Shown here one piece after another: positions 8,914 through 18,735 of a stretch of 64,000 nt of DNA (position 1 is the first letter of the stretch; each line of letters starts with the position of its first letter). The notes beneath the pieces are model-generated. The model had not been told where the DNA came from and ran no database searches. It saw only the letters and a list, made by a program, of their open reading frames with translations. Both the position numbers and the translations under genes were made by a program. Origin of the DNA: Candidatus Bathyarchaeota archaeon (lineage in GTDB: Archaea; Thermoproteota; Bathyarchaeia; Bathyarchaeales; Bathycorpusculaceae); assembly GCA_963702095.1 (NCBI GenBank), contig OY969706.1, forward strand, positions 1,248,001 through 1,312,000, given 5' to 3'.

Positions 8914-10341
8914 ATGGCTGAGTTTGAAGCGTTAACCAAGCAAATCCTCTCCAAAATCACCCCAAAAAAAGAGGAACGCATAAAGGTTGACGCTCTAAGC
9001 CGCAGACTTGAAGCGCAAATCGCAGATGCTTGCCAAAGCGAAGGCGTAAACGCAATCGTCCGCGTGGAGGGTTCAGTAGCCAAAGACACATGGCTCACCG
9101 AAAACCCAGACATCGACGTTTTCATGCGGTTACCCACTTCTATTCCACGCAAAAACCTAGGCGACATCGGACTCAAAATCGCCAAAAAAGCAGCGGGCAA
9201 CGCAGAGCAGACCGAGCGGTTTGCAGAGCACCCCTACCTCGAAATTTTCGTTGACAATTACCGAGTTGACATCGTCCCATGCTACGATGTAGCGCCCCCC
9301 GAGTGGCAAAGCGCAACAGACCGCACACCCTACCACACCGACTACGTTAAAACCCGCCTTGGCAAAGACCTCCATGGGGAAGTTCGGCTGCTTAAAAAGT
9401 TCATGCAGGGCATCGGGGTATACGGTGCAGAAATCAAAGTCGGCGGTTTCAGCGGTTACCTCTGTGAACTTCTAGTTATGCACTACGGCTCCTTTAAAGG
9501 AGTGGTTGAATCTTTCGCTGCCTACAACAAACGAGTAGTTGTTGACATCGGCGACTTTTACAGGGAGCGAGAGAGGGAAGCGGGGTTGCTTTTTCCTGAG
9601 CCCCTAGTCATCGTTGACCCCGTGGATAGTGGCAGAAACGTCGCTTCTGCTGTGCAGCCTCAGCGACTCTACCAGTTCATCGGTGCATCCAGAGCCTTCC
9701 TAAAAGCACCCCGAGAGGCCTTCTTCTATCCACTGCCCACCCACGCGTTGCCACCAAACATAATCGAAAGCCACATTACAGGACAAGGCGCCTCCCACCT
9801 CTACTTAACCACAGGAGAATTACCTGCTGTCCCAGACGTGCTGTGGGGGCAACTTTACCGCACCCGACGGTCCCTGCGTAAACTGCTAGAAACAAACGAT
9901 TTCAGGGTTTTGCGGGATGCTGTTTGGAGCAACGAAAAATCGCTTTGCGTCTTTGTTTTCGAGTTGGAGCAAAAGGTGTTGCCAAACGTCAAGAAGCATC
10001 TGGGTCCGCAACTGGAGCGGCAGGTGGAGTGCGAGAAATTCCTCTCCAAATACGTTGGGGACAACAGTGTTTTCTGTGGACCCTACATTGAAGGTGACCG
10101 CTGGGTTGTAGAGTTGCCATGCAAATATACCGATGCAGAGGCGCTGTTGAGGGAGAAGCTTGTGGACGGCGGCAAAAACGCAGGTGTGGCGGAACTGGTT
10201 GCGGAAGCAATACGAACGGAGTTTAACGTGGTGGCTGACAACGAGATTTTGAAGGTTTACACGGAAAACTCGGATTTCGCCGTGTTCCTCACTGCTTTTC
10301 TGTTGGGTAAGCCGTTTTGGTTAAAAACCCCAGAAGTTTAA
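8914..10341 (+). CDS. cca: Archaeal CCA-adding enzyme
   Basis: GSVAKDTWL..DIDVF, AEHPY, SATDRTPYHT, GFSGYLCELL, DPVDSGRNVASA; ATG at 8914. Confidence 0.95.
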   Translation: MAEFEALTKQILSKITPKKEERIKVDALSRRLEAQIADACQSEGVNAIVRVEGSVAKDTWLTENPDIDVFMRLPTSIPRKNLGDIGLKIAKKAAGNAEQTERFAEHPYLEIFVDNYRVDIVPCYDVAPPEWQSATDRTPYHTDYVKTRLGKDLHGEVRLLKKFMQGIGVYGAEIKVGGFSGYLCELLVMHYGSFKGVVESFAAYNKRVVVDIGDFYREREREAGLLFPEPLVIVDPVDSGRNVASAVQPQRLYQFIGASRAFLKAPREAFFYPLPTHALPPNIIESHITGQGASHLYLTTGELPAVPDVLWGQLYRTRRSLRKLLETNDFRVLRDAVWSNEKSLCVFVFELEQKVLPNVKKHLGPQLERQVECEKFLSKYVGDNSVFCGPYIEGDRWVVELPCKYTDAEALLREKLVDGGKNAGVAELVAEAIRTEFNVVADNEILKVYTENSDFAVFLTAFLLGKPFWLKTPEV

Positions 10342-10617
10342 GGCAACCATTGCTGCCCCAGCGGCGAAGCGGTAGATGCTGAACAGGTAGAATTTTTTTG
10401 CCGCCAAGCTTTTTTCAAGTAGTTTTAGCGCCACAAAACTCACTGCCACCGCTGCTGCAAGCGCCACAGCGATTTCAAGGGTGCCTATGCCCGCTGTTGA
10501 GAGCCTGCTTTGTTCTTGATGGAGTCTTAAGCCTACTGCGCCGAGGATGACTGGAATCGAGAGCAGAAAAGAAAATTTGGATCCTAATTCCCTCTTTACC
10601 CGTACTATTAAACGTAT
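10321..10617 (-). pseudogene. uppP: 5'-truncated undecaprenyl-diphosphatase (UppP/BacA) C-terminal fragment
   Basis: Hand translation ..VKRELGSKFSFLLSIPVILGAVG..FVALKLLEKSLAAKKFYLFSIYRFAAGAAMV..*; no start, only the last third of the protein. Confidence 0.75.
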
Positions 10618-11772
10618 TTACTGGGTGACGCTGTGGTACCAACTGATAATGTATTCAGGCAAGTTCAAGCCGCGTTCTCCGAGTCGTTCTGAAAGTTTCA
10701 CAGGCAAAGGACTAAGCACATAGGCAGCACGTGTGTAGAAGCGTCTGGGGGAGTTGGGTTTGGCTTCTTCGGGCAGGATGATTTTGAGGTCTGACTTATT
10801 AGCTAATGTGGATTCTTTGTTGCTGGTTATTGCGAAGACTGTGCCGCCGAATTTCTTGAGCACATCAGCCCATAAGATGACTGGGCGGGTTTCTCCTGAA
10901 AAAGAAAGCAAAATCTCAAGGTCCCCTGCACGGGGATGCGGTGTATTCACGCCACGGGTGATGTAGACGTTGTCGCCTAAGAAACTTTTAATGTGGAATA
11001 AACGTACACCCGTCATCTTGGCGATTTCGTTAGCCGTGCCGCGTCCACCCAAAAACACATTAGTACGTTTCTCAAGTAAATCGACGAGTTGACTGTAGGT
11101 TTCGGAATTAACGTTGCGGTCTATCATGTCACCGATTTTCTCGAACTCCTCTACACAGAGCCTGTAGACTTCGTTAACATCTAAGTTGCTGTAGATGGCT
11201 TCGATCATGCTGTTTAAGAGTTCAAGGGTGCCCAACTCGAATATGTCGCCCATCATGCCAGTTTCCGCGTATTCGAAACTGGGCTTCAATTTGCCTCTGC
11301 CTTTAAGCTGGACAACTTGCCCGTAATGTGCGGTGATTTCCGCTAGCGGCGAATCCATCGCAGACGTGAGTAAACCCATGGTGAATTGGCTGCTTTTTGT
11401 GTCTTCGATGTAGGTGGCAAGGTCCTGCGCCATTACAAGCGGGTCATCGCTGTAGCCGCTGCCAGAATTCATCAGCAACAAAACTTTCTTGTAGCGCCTA
11501 GCCAAGTTGGGTGCAGCATCATACATGTTTCTGCCGGGGAACCCTGGGTCATCAGGGGTTAAGACGACTTTGTTGCGCCAGCCCGCTGTTGCCAACGCTA
11601 TTTGGCTCATCGCCGCGTTGAGCGAGTACAGTGAACGCCCGGAGCCTCCACAGATGACGCAGTCGGCGGCTTTTAGGTCTTCGTAGAGGGGTGCGAGTTC
11701 CTTCTTTTTGATGGAAAGAATGTTTTCTTGTATCTTGTTGACGTATCCGAGGCTGCTGACTTGGCTCTTCAT
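10618..11772 (-). CDS. Tandem SIS-domain sugar isomerase (6-phospho-3-hexuloisomerase-like)
   Basis: GGSGRS, NSGSG, GGRGTA, LLSFSGET, AITSNKESTLA motifs in two SIS halves. Confidence 0.75.
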   Translation of the reverse strand: MKSQVSSLGYVNKIQENILSIKKKELAPLYEDLKAADCVICGGSGRSLYSLNAAMSQIALATAGWRNKVVLTPDDPGFPGRNMYDAAPNLARRYKKVLLLMNSGSGYSDDPLVMAQDLATYIEDTKSSQFTMGLLTSAMDSPLAEITAHYGQVVQLKGRGKLKPSFEYAETGMMGDIFELGTLELLNSMIEAIYSNLDVNEVYRLCVEEFEKIGDMIDRNVNSETYSQLVDLLEKRTNVFLGGRGTANEIAKMTGVRLFHIKSFLGDNVYITRGVNTPHPRAGDLEILLSFSGETRPVILWADVLKKFGGTVFAITSNKESTLANKSDLKIILPEEAKPNSPRRFYTRAAYVLSPLPVKLSERLGERGLNLPEYIISWYHSVTQ

Positions 11773-11941
11773 GCAGAAGACGCTTCCAGTTTTAAGTGTT
11801 TAGGAACTGGATATATTATCCTTGTGCTGCAAGTCACTGATTTGGCGGGGTCCAATTTTGGGATTAGCCACTTTGTGTCTGTTACTTCTGCGACGTACAA
11901 GCCTTTTTCTGCTAAACCAACGCTTAAACGGTTGATCTATA

Positions 11942-12457
11942 TTGTCTCAGGAAACCGTAACTAAACCTGCACCCATAGAAATCTCTGCTGCACCCGAAAA
12001 GAAAAAGCAAATCAACCTCCAAGAAATCGTTGACTCACTCAAAAGCACAGCGGACGATATAGGTCAAATAAGCGAGCTTACCTCTGAAGAAAAAATCTTG
12101 GTAGGGCAGTTTTTCTCTTCTCTGCTTAAACTTATGCAGCCTCTTGCTTCATCCATAGCTGTTAACCAGACTGCGCTTCCTTCTCAACTTGCCGGGGTAA
12201 CCCAAGCCCACATTGATCCCACGGGGCATTTGGTGCTGCAATTCGAAGACGGCCATGTTGACCTTCGAAACCTCGCTGAAGAAAAATACCGAGACCTTAT
12301 GATGGCCGTAGTGGAGGATGTGGTGCCCAAATTCAAAAGCCTCACAAGCCAACAGAAAAAGAAACTGGAAAACCGCATCAAACTGCTTTCAAGCATTACC
12401 AAAGAAATCCAGAAGAGCTCAGAAGCCCTCTCCGCTGCGCTTGCTGCCAGCCAATAA
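11942..12457 (+). CDS. Hypothetical coiled-coil protein
   Basis: 171-aa ORF with host-like codon use and helical composition. Confidence 0.7.
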   Translation: MSQETVTKPAPIEISAAPEKKKQINLQEIVDSLKSTADDIGQISELTSEEKILVGQFFSSLLKLMQPLASSIAVNQTALPSQLAGVTQAHIDPTGHLVLQFEDGHVDLRNLAEEKYRDLMMAVVEDVVPKFKSLTSQQKKKLENRIKLLSSITKEIQKSSEALSAALAASQ

Positions 12458-12502
12458 GCTGCAATTGATCTATCAGTACATTACCGGTTTGCTGGTTAGT
12501 TA

Positions 12503-12605
12503 TTTCTCTATTCGTGTGTGTGGCGTTTTATGGGGGTGCCACAAGACTGCAACAGTGGGTTGTTGTTTTTTTGTTGCATGTTTTCTTTGTCTGTTTCGGT
12601 GTGGG
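12503..12605 (-). repeat. Dispersed repeat family 1, 3' half only
   Basis: rc CCCACACCGAAACAGAC..GCAGTCTTGTGGCACCCCCATAAAACGCCACACAC matches 51868-51975 closely. Confidence 0.8.
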
Positions 12606-12760
12606 CCTGCCGTTCCAGGACCGCACCCAACGTCAATTATGCGTGGATGCAATCGCAAATTTTTAAGCAAATCGAATGCTCGCTTAGTTGATTCGTTGCT
12701 TCCCGCTCCTTCTCTAGGCAGACCACTGTGCACTTCATAGAATATCGGGGGCATTTCCAT
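12606..12760 (-). pseudogene. N-terminal fragment of class I SAM-dependent methyltransferase, truncated at repeat
   Basis: FYEVHSGLPREGAGSNESTKRA..RIIDVGCGPG (motif I), then the frame runs into the repeat. Confidence 0.8.
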
Positions 12761-12917
12761 TGACCGTCAAATCCTCGGTTGGGCGCAATGGAGATTGAGC
12801 GCTAATATGCTTGTTCAGACAAAAGGAAATAACTAGACAACAACATAGACGTATCGATCAGAGACGAAAAGAGTAGAAAGTATTATGCAATCGGGTTATT
12901 GGCTATATTTTCTTAGG

Positions 12918-13388
12918 CTATTTTGTGGATGTGCCACTTATGACTATGTCCATGTAAAAGTCCGTAGCAGAAGTGCTTGGGTCGATATCTATGGTAATCG
13001 TTGCTGGGATAACGCGATTTTGTTTTAAGGTTATGCCCTCACAGTTCCACATAACAGAGATCGGACTACAGGCGGTTGTTGGATCCCAGCTAGTCGTCGT
13101 CATAGTAAGTTTCAACGGAGTAGGGCATTGGTTTTTAATATAAATTGTTCTGTTTTGCTGAAGCGCCTTGAGGGATTGTTGCCCAATCAAAATCGGATAT
13201 TTCTTGTGCGCACGTACTGTCAGAACATATCAGTATTTTGCCCGAAGGGGTTGTTATTTTTGCAGATACGGTTGATGACTGGGTCGTGTTTGTGGATATT
13301 ATCCCTGCAAAAACTATGCTGGATAAAACAAATAAAACGATTAAGAATAGGATTTTTTGTTAAAGGCTCGATAACTTGAATTACCCAT
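12918..13388 (-). pseudogene. Frameshifted secreted beta-sandwich protein
   Basis: Segments in alternating frames: signal ILFLIVLFVLSSIVFAG / ICSDSTCAQEISDFDWATIPQGAS / NRTIYIKNQCPTPLKLTMTTTSWDP..FYMDIVISGT; three shifts near A-runs. Confidence 0.6.
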
Positions 13389-13579
13389 GTTATTGTCGAA
13401 AAGCGTAGAGAGGTATAGTCAGTATTAATACTTATTGAAAGGATGCATTACCGAACCAAGTGTAAAACAAAAAAGCCATATCAATACTCTAAATTGTTAT
13501 AGGAATATATCCAGATTCATAGAAGCTTTTTAACCCCAAATGCCGCCAAGAAGAACAAAGAAAAGAGAGGAGAAATAAC

Positions 13580-14077
13580 ATGAAAAAAATAGTGATAGTA
13601 ACAGCTATTCTATTGCTTGCCATATTTGCCTCTGTCTCAATGGTTAGTGCAAAACAACCGCACTACGACTACGATGTTACAAACAACTATCATGGAATCA
13701 CCGTACCGATAAAGACACCAGTAGTTGTGACTGCAACAACAAATAACCCGGATGTAGTTAGCGTTGTTTTCATATGGAAGGATGGGACCGATAAAGAACA
13801 ATGGAGAGAAACAGTGGCTGTTGTTTCTGGAGAAGCAAAATGTACAGGTCAACCAGACTCCAGAGGAGACTGGGGAATACAAGCGTTATTCGTAGGTTCA
13901 AGTGGGTCAACAAATGAAGGCGTAAGAAATGTTGTTGCTCACAAAGCAACTTCAGTCAATGTTATTTCGTCCGTAAATCATGTTCCAGAACTTCCAGTTT
14001 TGGGCACCGCAGGCATAGTAGGCGCATTGGCAATCGGCTTGGTAGTCCAGGTAAGGCGCAAAAACAGCGGACTTTAA
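13580..14077 (+). CDS. Secreted protein with PEF/PEP-CTERM-like sorting signal
   Basis: Signal peptide; C-terminal VPELP + TM + RRK. Confidence 0.75.
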   Translation: MKKIVIVTAILLLAIFASVSMVSAKQPHYDYDVTNNYHGITVPIKTPVVVTATTNNPDVVSVVFIWKDGTDKEQWRETVAVVSGEAKCTGQPDSRGDWGIQALFVGSSGSTNEGVRNVVAHKATSVNVISSVNHVPELPVLGTAGIVGALAIGLVVQVRRKNSGL

Positions 14078-14130
14078 AGCCTTTTTTCTTTTCCTCAAAC
14101 CAACCGAGAATCGCTCCCAAATCTTTTTGA

Positions 14131-14982
14131 CTACTTTATTACTCCGAAGATGTAGGCCAGCAACCCCACCAAGAATAGGTAGAGCACCACTTTCTTGATT
14201 CTGCGCGCTTTTTCCCGCGAATGGTCCAAAAGCAGAAGCGCGGAGCAGGCGATGAGCCCGATGTCGGTGACTAAGACAAAGGGGATAAACCAGACTCCGA
14301 CCAGCCCAAGATACCATGTAATGGGGGTGAGGGCGACTGCGAACATAAAGAATACCACTGCGGTGACAGCGGCGCTTTTTTCTCCGAACCGCACAGCAAG
14401 GGTTTTGACGCCCTCCGCGCTGTCGCCTTTGACATCAACGATGCCTTTGGTGATTTCTCTGCCCGTGTTAGAGAGAAAAGCCATCGACGCAAAAAGAAGC
14501 ACGTTTAAGCCTACAGTGCCAATCGCGGTGACGCTGCCGTAGATGAAGGGGATGGCTACGCAGGCGCTTACGAGGAAGTTGCCGGGTAACCCGCTTTTTT
14601 TGCCCACGGTGAGGTAGGTTGCGGTGATGACGAGGGATAAGGCTGCTACGATGAAGCAGAGGATGCTGACTAAGCCTGCGAATATGAAACCAACCGCTAT
14701 GAGTACGCCCATGAAGGCAAGGGCTTCGGTGGGTTTTATGGTGCCGCTGGGAAGTGGTCTCTGCGGTTCGTTGATGGCGTCGATTTTGCGGTCGTAGTAG
14801 TCGTTGATGACCATCGCGGCGGCGCAGAAAGTGAAGCCGGTGACGAAACCGAAGAATATGGCGAGCCAGGTGAGGCTGCTCAGTATGGGGCTGGCAAGGA
14901 CCGCGCCTACCAGTACAGCCAAACCCATCATAGCGCAGTTCACCGGGCGCATTAACCGTATGAAGCCGCCGAGTTTACTCAT
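14131..14982 (-). CDS. UbiA family prenyltransferase, likely digeranylgeranylglyceryl phosphate synthase
   Basis: LMRPVN, INDYYDRKIDAINEPQRPLPSG, REITKGIVDVKGD. Confidence 0.88.
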   Translation of the reverse strand: MSKLGGFIRLMRPVNCAMMGLAVLVGAVLASPILSSLTWLAIFFGFVTGFTFCAAAMVINDYYDRKIDAINEPQRPLPSGTIKPTEALAFMGVLIAVGFIFAGLVSILCFIVAALSLVITATYLTVGKKSGLPGNFLVSACVAIPFIYGSVTAIGTVGLNVLLFASMAFLSNTGREITKGIVDVKGDSAEGVKTLAVRFGEKSAAVTAVVFFMFAVALTPITWYLGLVGVWFIPFVLVTDIGLIACSALLLLDHSREKARRIKKVVLYLFLVGLLAYIFGVIK

Positions 14983-15087
14983 ATATCATAACCGTTTAGT
15001 TACCTATGTTGGTTGAGGTTAGTAATAAAAATTCTATTCACCCCACAACAATTTTATGGTCGTCTTTGTTTTAAAAGATGAATTCGC

Positions 15088-15504
15088 ATGTCAGAAAAAA
15101 CCACCACTTCCAAAGTAAAAAAGAAGCGGGTCGTGAGAGCACTGTTATTGGTTGCAGGCACGATTTCCCTTGCTTTGGGAGCTGTAGGAATTTTTTTACC
15201 CATTCTGCCCACGACGCCTTTCCTCTTAGTTGCCGCCGCCTGTTACCTGCGAAGTTCAGAACGCATGCATAAGTGGTTGATAAACAACCGCTGGTTCGGT
15301 GAGTACATAAAGAATTATCAAGCGGGAAAGGGCATACCGATGAAAACGAAAATCGTGGCTTTGACGGTTTTGTGGGCGTCGATTCTTTATTCAACATTTT
15401 TTATTGTGGACGAGATTTTGGTTGTACAACTCGTGCTTGTTGTTATTGCATGCGGAGTGACAGTACATTTGATACGGTTACCAACGTTTAAGAAACAAAT
15501 GTAA
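15088..15504 (+). CDS. YbaN/DUF454 membrane protein
   Basis: GIFLPILPTTPFLLVAAACYLRSS signature. Confidence 0.9.
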   Translation: MSEKTTTSKVKKKRVVRALLLVAGTISLALGAVGIFLPILPTTPFLLVAAACYLRSSERMHKWLINNRWFGEYIKNYQAGKGIPMKTKIVALTVLWASILYSTFFIVDEILVVQLVLVVIACGVTVHLIRLPTFKKQM

Positions 15505-15550
15505 ATTGTTTTGGCGGCAAAGCGGTAAATGAGAAACAATAAAAACCCAG

Positions 15551-16888
15551 GTGTACACCGTATCAATGCAGAAACTGTTGTTGGTGAAATGTTTGAGTGA
15601 CAATTACGCACCTCTAGTAGGCGACAATTACGCTCCTGAAAAAATTCGAGTAATCATCCCTGTCGGCGGAAAAGCCACCCGTCTCTTGCCCTTAACGGCT
15701 GAAACCAGCAAAGCCTGCCTGCGCCTACTCAACCGCCCCCTAGTAGAGTTTTCTTTGTTGTCACTTGCAAGCCAAGGCATACGCAACTTCATATTCGGCG
15801 TTAAAGGCTACACCAACTATCGAGACCTCTTCGACTACTTTGAGTCAGGCTACGGTTTCTCCGCCCGCTACAATATCAAACCCCGCATCCACATAAAATA
15901 TCAGCCAAACGTGCCTGATTTGGGCAGCGCTGACTCCGCACGCATAAACATAGAGTACTATGAACTTAGCTGTCCTATTTTTGCGGTGCAGGGCGACAAC
16001 ATTTTTGACCTCAAAGTTAAAAGCCTCCTTGATTTTCATCGTGAAAAAGAAGCCGCTTTAACCATTGTGCTGCGTGAAGTCGACAACGTTGAGGGTTTAG
16101 GGATTGCCGACATCGATAAATGCGGACGTATCCAACGCTTCGTTGAGAAACCCTTGCCTAAAGACGCTCCCAGCAACCTTGCCAACACAGGTCTCTACGT
16201 TATTTCGCCGGAGTTACGTAAGGTTTTCAAGGAAAAAGGGGTTCAGCAAATCATAAAAGAAAAGAATCGATTGGACTTCGGATACGATTTTATACCGTAC
16301 GTTATTTCAACGGGGCGACCGGTCTATGGTTACACGCTTAAGGGCAACTGGTTTGACGTGGGCACACCCAAAAGCTACCTTGAAGCCATGAAAAACCTCT
16401 TGCACGGTGGATTCTCTACGCTAAATGATTTCGGCGGCAGGTTAAGCAACGACTCATTGGTTTGGGTGCAGGGCGAAAGCAACGATTCCGAGAAACGTCG
16501 TTTAGAAACCGTCCAAAAGATTAAACAGAAAAAAATCCAAATCGAAGGTGCAGTGCTGATTGGGCGACACTGTCAAATAGAAGACGGCGCACGCATAGTA
16601 AACAGCTGCATCGACAACTATACCCGTATAGGCAAAGACGCAGTTATCACTAACTCCGCAGTCATGGACCGAGCAATCATAGGTGACAACGCAGAGGTCC
16701 ACGACAGCATAATCGGGCGACACGTGGTGGTTAATTCAAGCTGTAGTAAACCTACAAGAGTCACCGCGGTCAGCGTAATCGCAGACGATGTTGTACTCGA
16801 AGAGGGCTGTTCATTGGCGGCTACAAAGGTTTACCCGCATCAGCGTATTAGGGGCGAATTCCAAAACCAAACCATAATCGCCAACTAA
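15551..16888 (+). CDS. NDP-sugar pyrophosphorylase (nucleotidyltransferase + left-handed beta-helix)
   Basis: PVGGKATRLLPLT, QGDN, FVEKP, WFDVGTP, hexapeptide repeats. Confidence 0.88.
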   Translation: MYTVSMQKLLLVKCLSDNYAPLVGDNYAPEKIRVIIPVGGKATRLLPLTAETSKACLRLLNRPLVEFSLLSLASQGIRNFIFGVKGYTNYRDLFDYFESGYGFSARYNIKPRIHIKYQPNVPDLGSADSARINIEYYELSCPIFAVQGDNIFDLKVKSLLDFHREKEAALTIVLREVDNVEGLGIADIDKCGRIQRFVEKPLPKDAPSNLANTGLYVISPELRKVFKEKGVQQIIKEKNRLDFGYDFIPYVISTGRPVYGYTLKGNWFDVGTPKSYLEAMKNLLHGGFSTLNDFGGRLSNDSLVWVQGESNDSEKRRLETVQKIKQKKIQIEGAVLIGRHCQIEDGARIVNSCIDNYTRIGKDAVITNSAVMDRAIIGDNAEVHDSIIGRHVVVNSSCSKPTRVTAVSVIADDVVLEEGCSLAATKVYPHQRIRGEFQNQTIIAN

Positions 16889-16905
16889 TAATCCTTCATT
16901 GTAAC

Positions 16906-17433
16906 GTGGTAAGCATGAATACTGAGGAATTGAAAAGCATATCCAAAGACGGCACAGCGGAAGCAGCGAAAAACCTCACAAAAACAGACGTAGAATATCT
17001 AGTCACTTTGCTTGGCGAAAAAGACGATAAACTCCGCTACAACGCTTTTCTGCTTCTGCAAGCCAACTCTCACGTTTTCCCCCATGTGTATAGTCACTGG
17101 GATAACCTGGAGGGGAAACTCTATGATGCCAACTCGTATCAACGGAGTATTGGGTTGATGCTGCTTGCTGAAAACGTCAGATGGGACAATAGGGGCAAAT
17201 TCGGCGAAGCCCTAAACAGGTATATGGAGTGTTGCGGCGACGAGAAATTCATAACATCGCGGCAGGCAATCCAAGGGCTCGCCAATGTTGTGGCGGCAAC
17301 CAGCGCCTACGATGACAAAATCAAACAGGCACTAATCGCGTTACCGCTGGATAAATACAAGCCCAACCAGCAAAACCTACTCAAAAAAGACACCGCAAAC
17401 ATACTCAAGCTAATCGAGAAAAAACAGCGTTAA
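16906..17433 (+). CDS. Hypothetical HEAT-repeat-like protein
   Basis: Helical repeats (DDKLRYNAF, NSYQRSIG, DEKFITSRQAIQ). Confidence 0.7.
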   Translation: MVSMNTEELKSISKDGTAEAAKNLTKTDVEYLVTLLGEKDDKLRYNAFLLLQANSHVFPHVYSHWDNLEGKLYDANSYQRSIGLMLLAENVRWDNRGKFGEALNRYMECCGDEKFITSRQAIQGLANVVAATSAYDDKIKQALIALPLDKYKPNQQNLLKKDTANILKLIEKKQR

Positions 17434-17988
17434 CTAAGCCTTAAACCACTTAAACATCAAGTACTTTATTTTTTTAGAGGGCAAATCGGGCACGGCTATA
17501 ATAAAGCGTTTACGCACCGTCGTCGCTAAGCGGCCGTTTTTGACGATTTCAGTGGCGGATATGTCACTGTCCACCCTTTTGACAGTTACCATGTAAGGTG
17601 CATGTTCCACGCCGGGGCCGTACTTGTAGACTGCGAAGTCACAGCCGAATTTGATGCCAGGCGTAACGATTAAGCCGCTGTCGCGGAGGTCATGGTAAAC
17701 GGCGTATTTTTCTTCGAATTCATCGTAGAGTTGTTTGGCTTTGGAGTGGAGTTTTTTGAGGCTCACTTTGGCTTCGTTGGGATTTTCGTAGACTTCGATT
17801 TTTTCAGTCTCCGCCAAATATAGCCCTTCCATCAGATCCAAAACCAAGGGCACGTCGAACTCGGGGATTTTGGGTTTGGCGATGCCTACGGGTTTGCCGT
17901 AGTAGGCGGTTTTGTAGAGTTGAGAGCCTTCGCTTGGGTTCCAAACGACGAGAAAGTTTTCTATGAGTTCAACTTTGGTTTTCGGCAT
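17434..17988 (-). CDS. endA: tRNA splicing endonuclease, catalytic subunit
   Basis: GIKFGCDFAVY..PGVEHAPY..RLATTVRK with Tyr/His/Lys triad. Confidence 0.92.
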   Translation of the reverse strand: MPKTKVELIENFLVVWNPSEGSQLYKTAYYGKPVGIAKPKIPEFDVPLVLDLMEGLYLAETEKIEVYENPNEAKVSLKKLHSKAKQLYDEFEEKYAVYHDLRDSGLIVTPGIKFGCDFAVYKYGPGVEHAPYMVTVKRVDSDISATEIVKNGRLATTVRKRFIIAVPDLPSKKIKYLMFKWFKA

Positions 17989-17996
17989 AGAGATGC

Positions 17997-18656
17997 CTAC
18001 ATTATCATGGAGACCATGCGGGCTGCGTCTGCGGCGTCCTCTGCTTTGTCTGCGGAGTTCTCAAGCATTTGCAGGACATCTCGGAGGAGCAACAATACAG
18101 GTGTGTCAAGTTTGCTGGCAAGGACTTTGATGCTTAAAGCGCGGTATTGTTCGTCGACTATGCGCTCGGCGATTTCGACGTCTTTGGCGCGTTCAAGGGT
18201 TTTCTGCGAGCCGTAGTTGAGGACCATCATGGTTTCGCGGAGTTTAAGGGTGGAATCCAAAACGGCTAAGCTGAGTTTAAGGAGGTCTTTTTTGATTTCT
18301 GGAGGTATAACCCAGTTGTGCTCCATAATCTCAAGCAAATAATATGCTATGCCCTCGCTGAAGTCGGCGATTTCACTGGAGAGGTTAGTGAACCGCAGGA
18401 AGTCTTCTCTTGCGTAGAGTATGGCACCGATTTCGGCGAGTTCTTGAGATACCATGCGCCTAGCGTTTATAACCTCTTCTTCGCCTGCTTTGATTTCACT
18501 GAAAAGTTTGCGGACCCCTTCTTTGTCTCCGCTGGCGAAGTACTCGACGAGTTGAGGGATTTTCCTAGACACATCGACTACTTTGCGTAGGTTATCTTGA
18601 CAAGCGTTGAGTGCACGCCTCTTCACACGTTCTTCTGTTTCGGATGGAAGTACCAT
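17997..18656 (-). CDS. DUF47/PhoU-like phosphate transport regulator
   Basis: REDFLR..SEIADFSE; LENSADKAEDAAD. Confidence 0.8.
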   Translation of the reverse strand: MVLPSETEERVKRRALNACQDNLRKVVDVSRKIPQLVEYFASGDKEGVRKLFSEIKAGEEEVINARRMVSQELAEIGAILYAREDFLRFTNLSSEIADFSEGIAYYLLEIMEHNWVIPPEIKKDLLKLSLAVLDSTLKLRETMMVLNYGSQKTLERAKDVEIAERIVDEQYRALSIKVLASKLDTPVLLLLRDVLQMLENSADKAEDAADAARMVSMIM

Positions 18657-18735
18657 GTCTGCTCTTTATCCCCCGCTATATATAGGTCTAATTATTCATT
18701 CAACTTAACACATGTCTATTAAAAAAGGTAGCTGC

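Noticed and set aside
15597-15640. Short duplication GACAATTACGC (DNYAP twice)
   Set aside because: Local two-copy duplication at a protein N-terminus; no sign of function.
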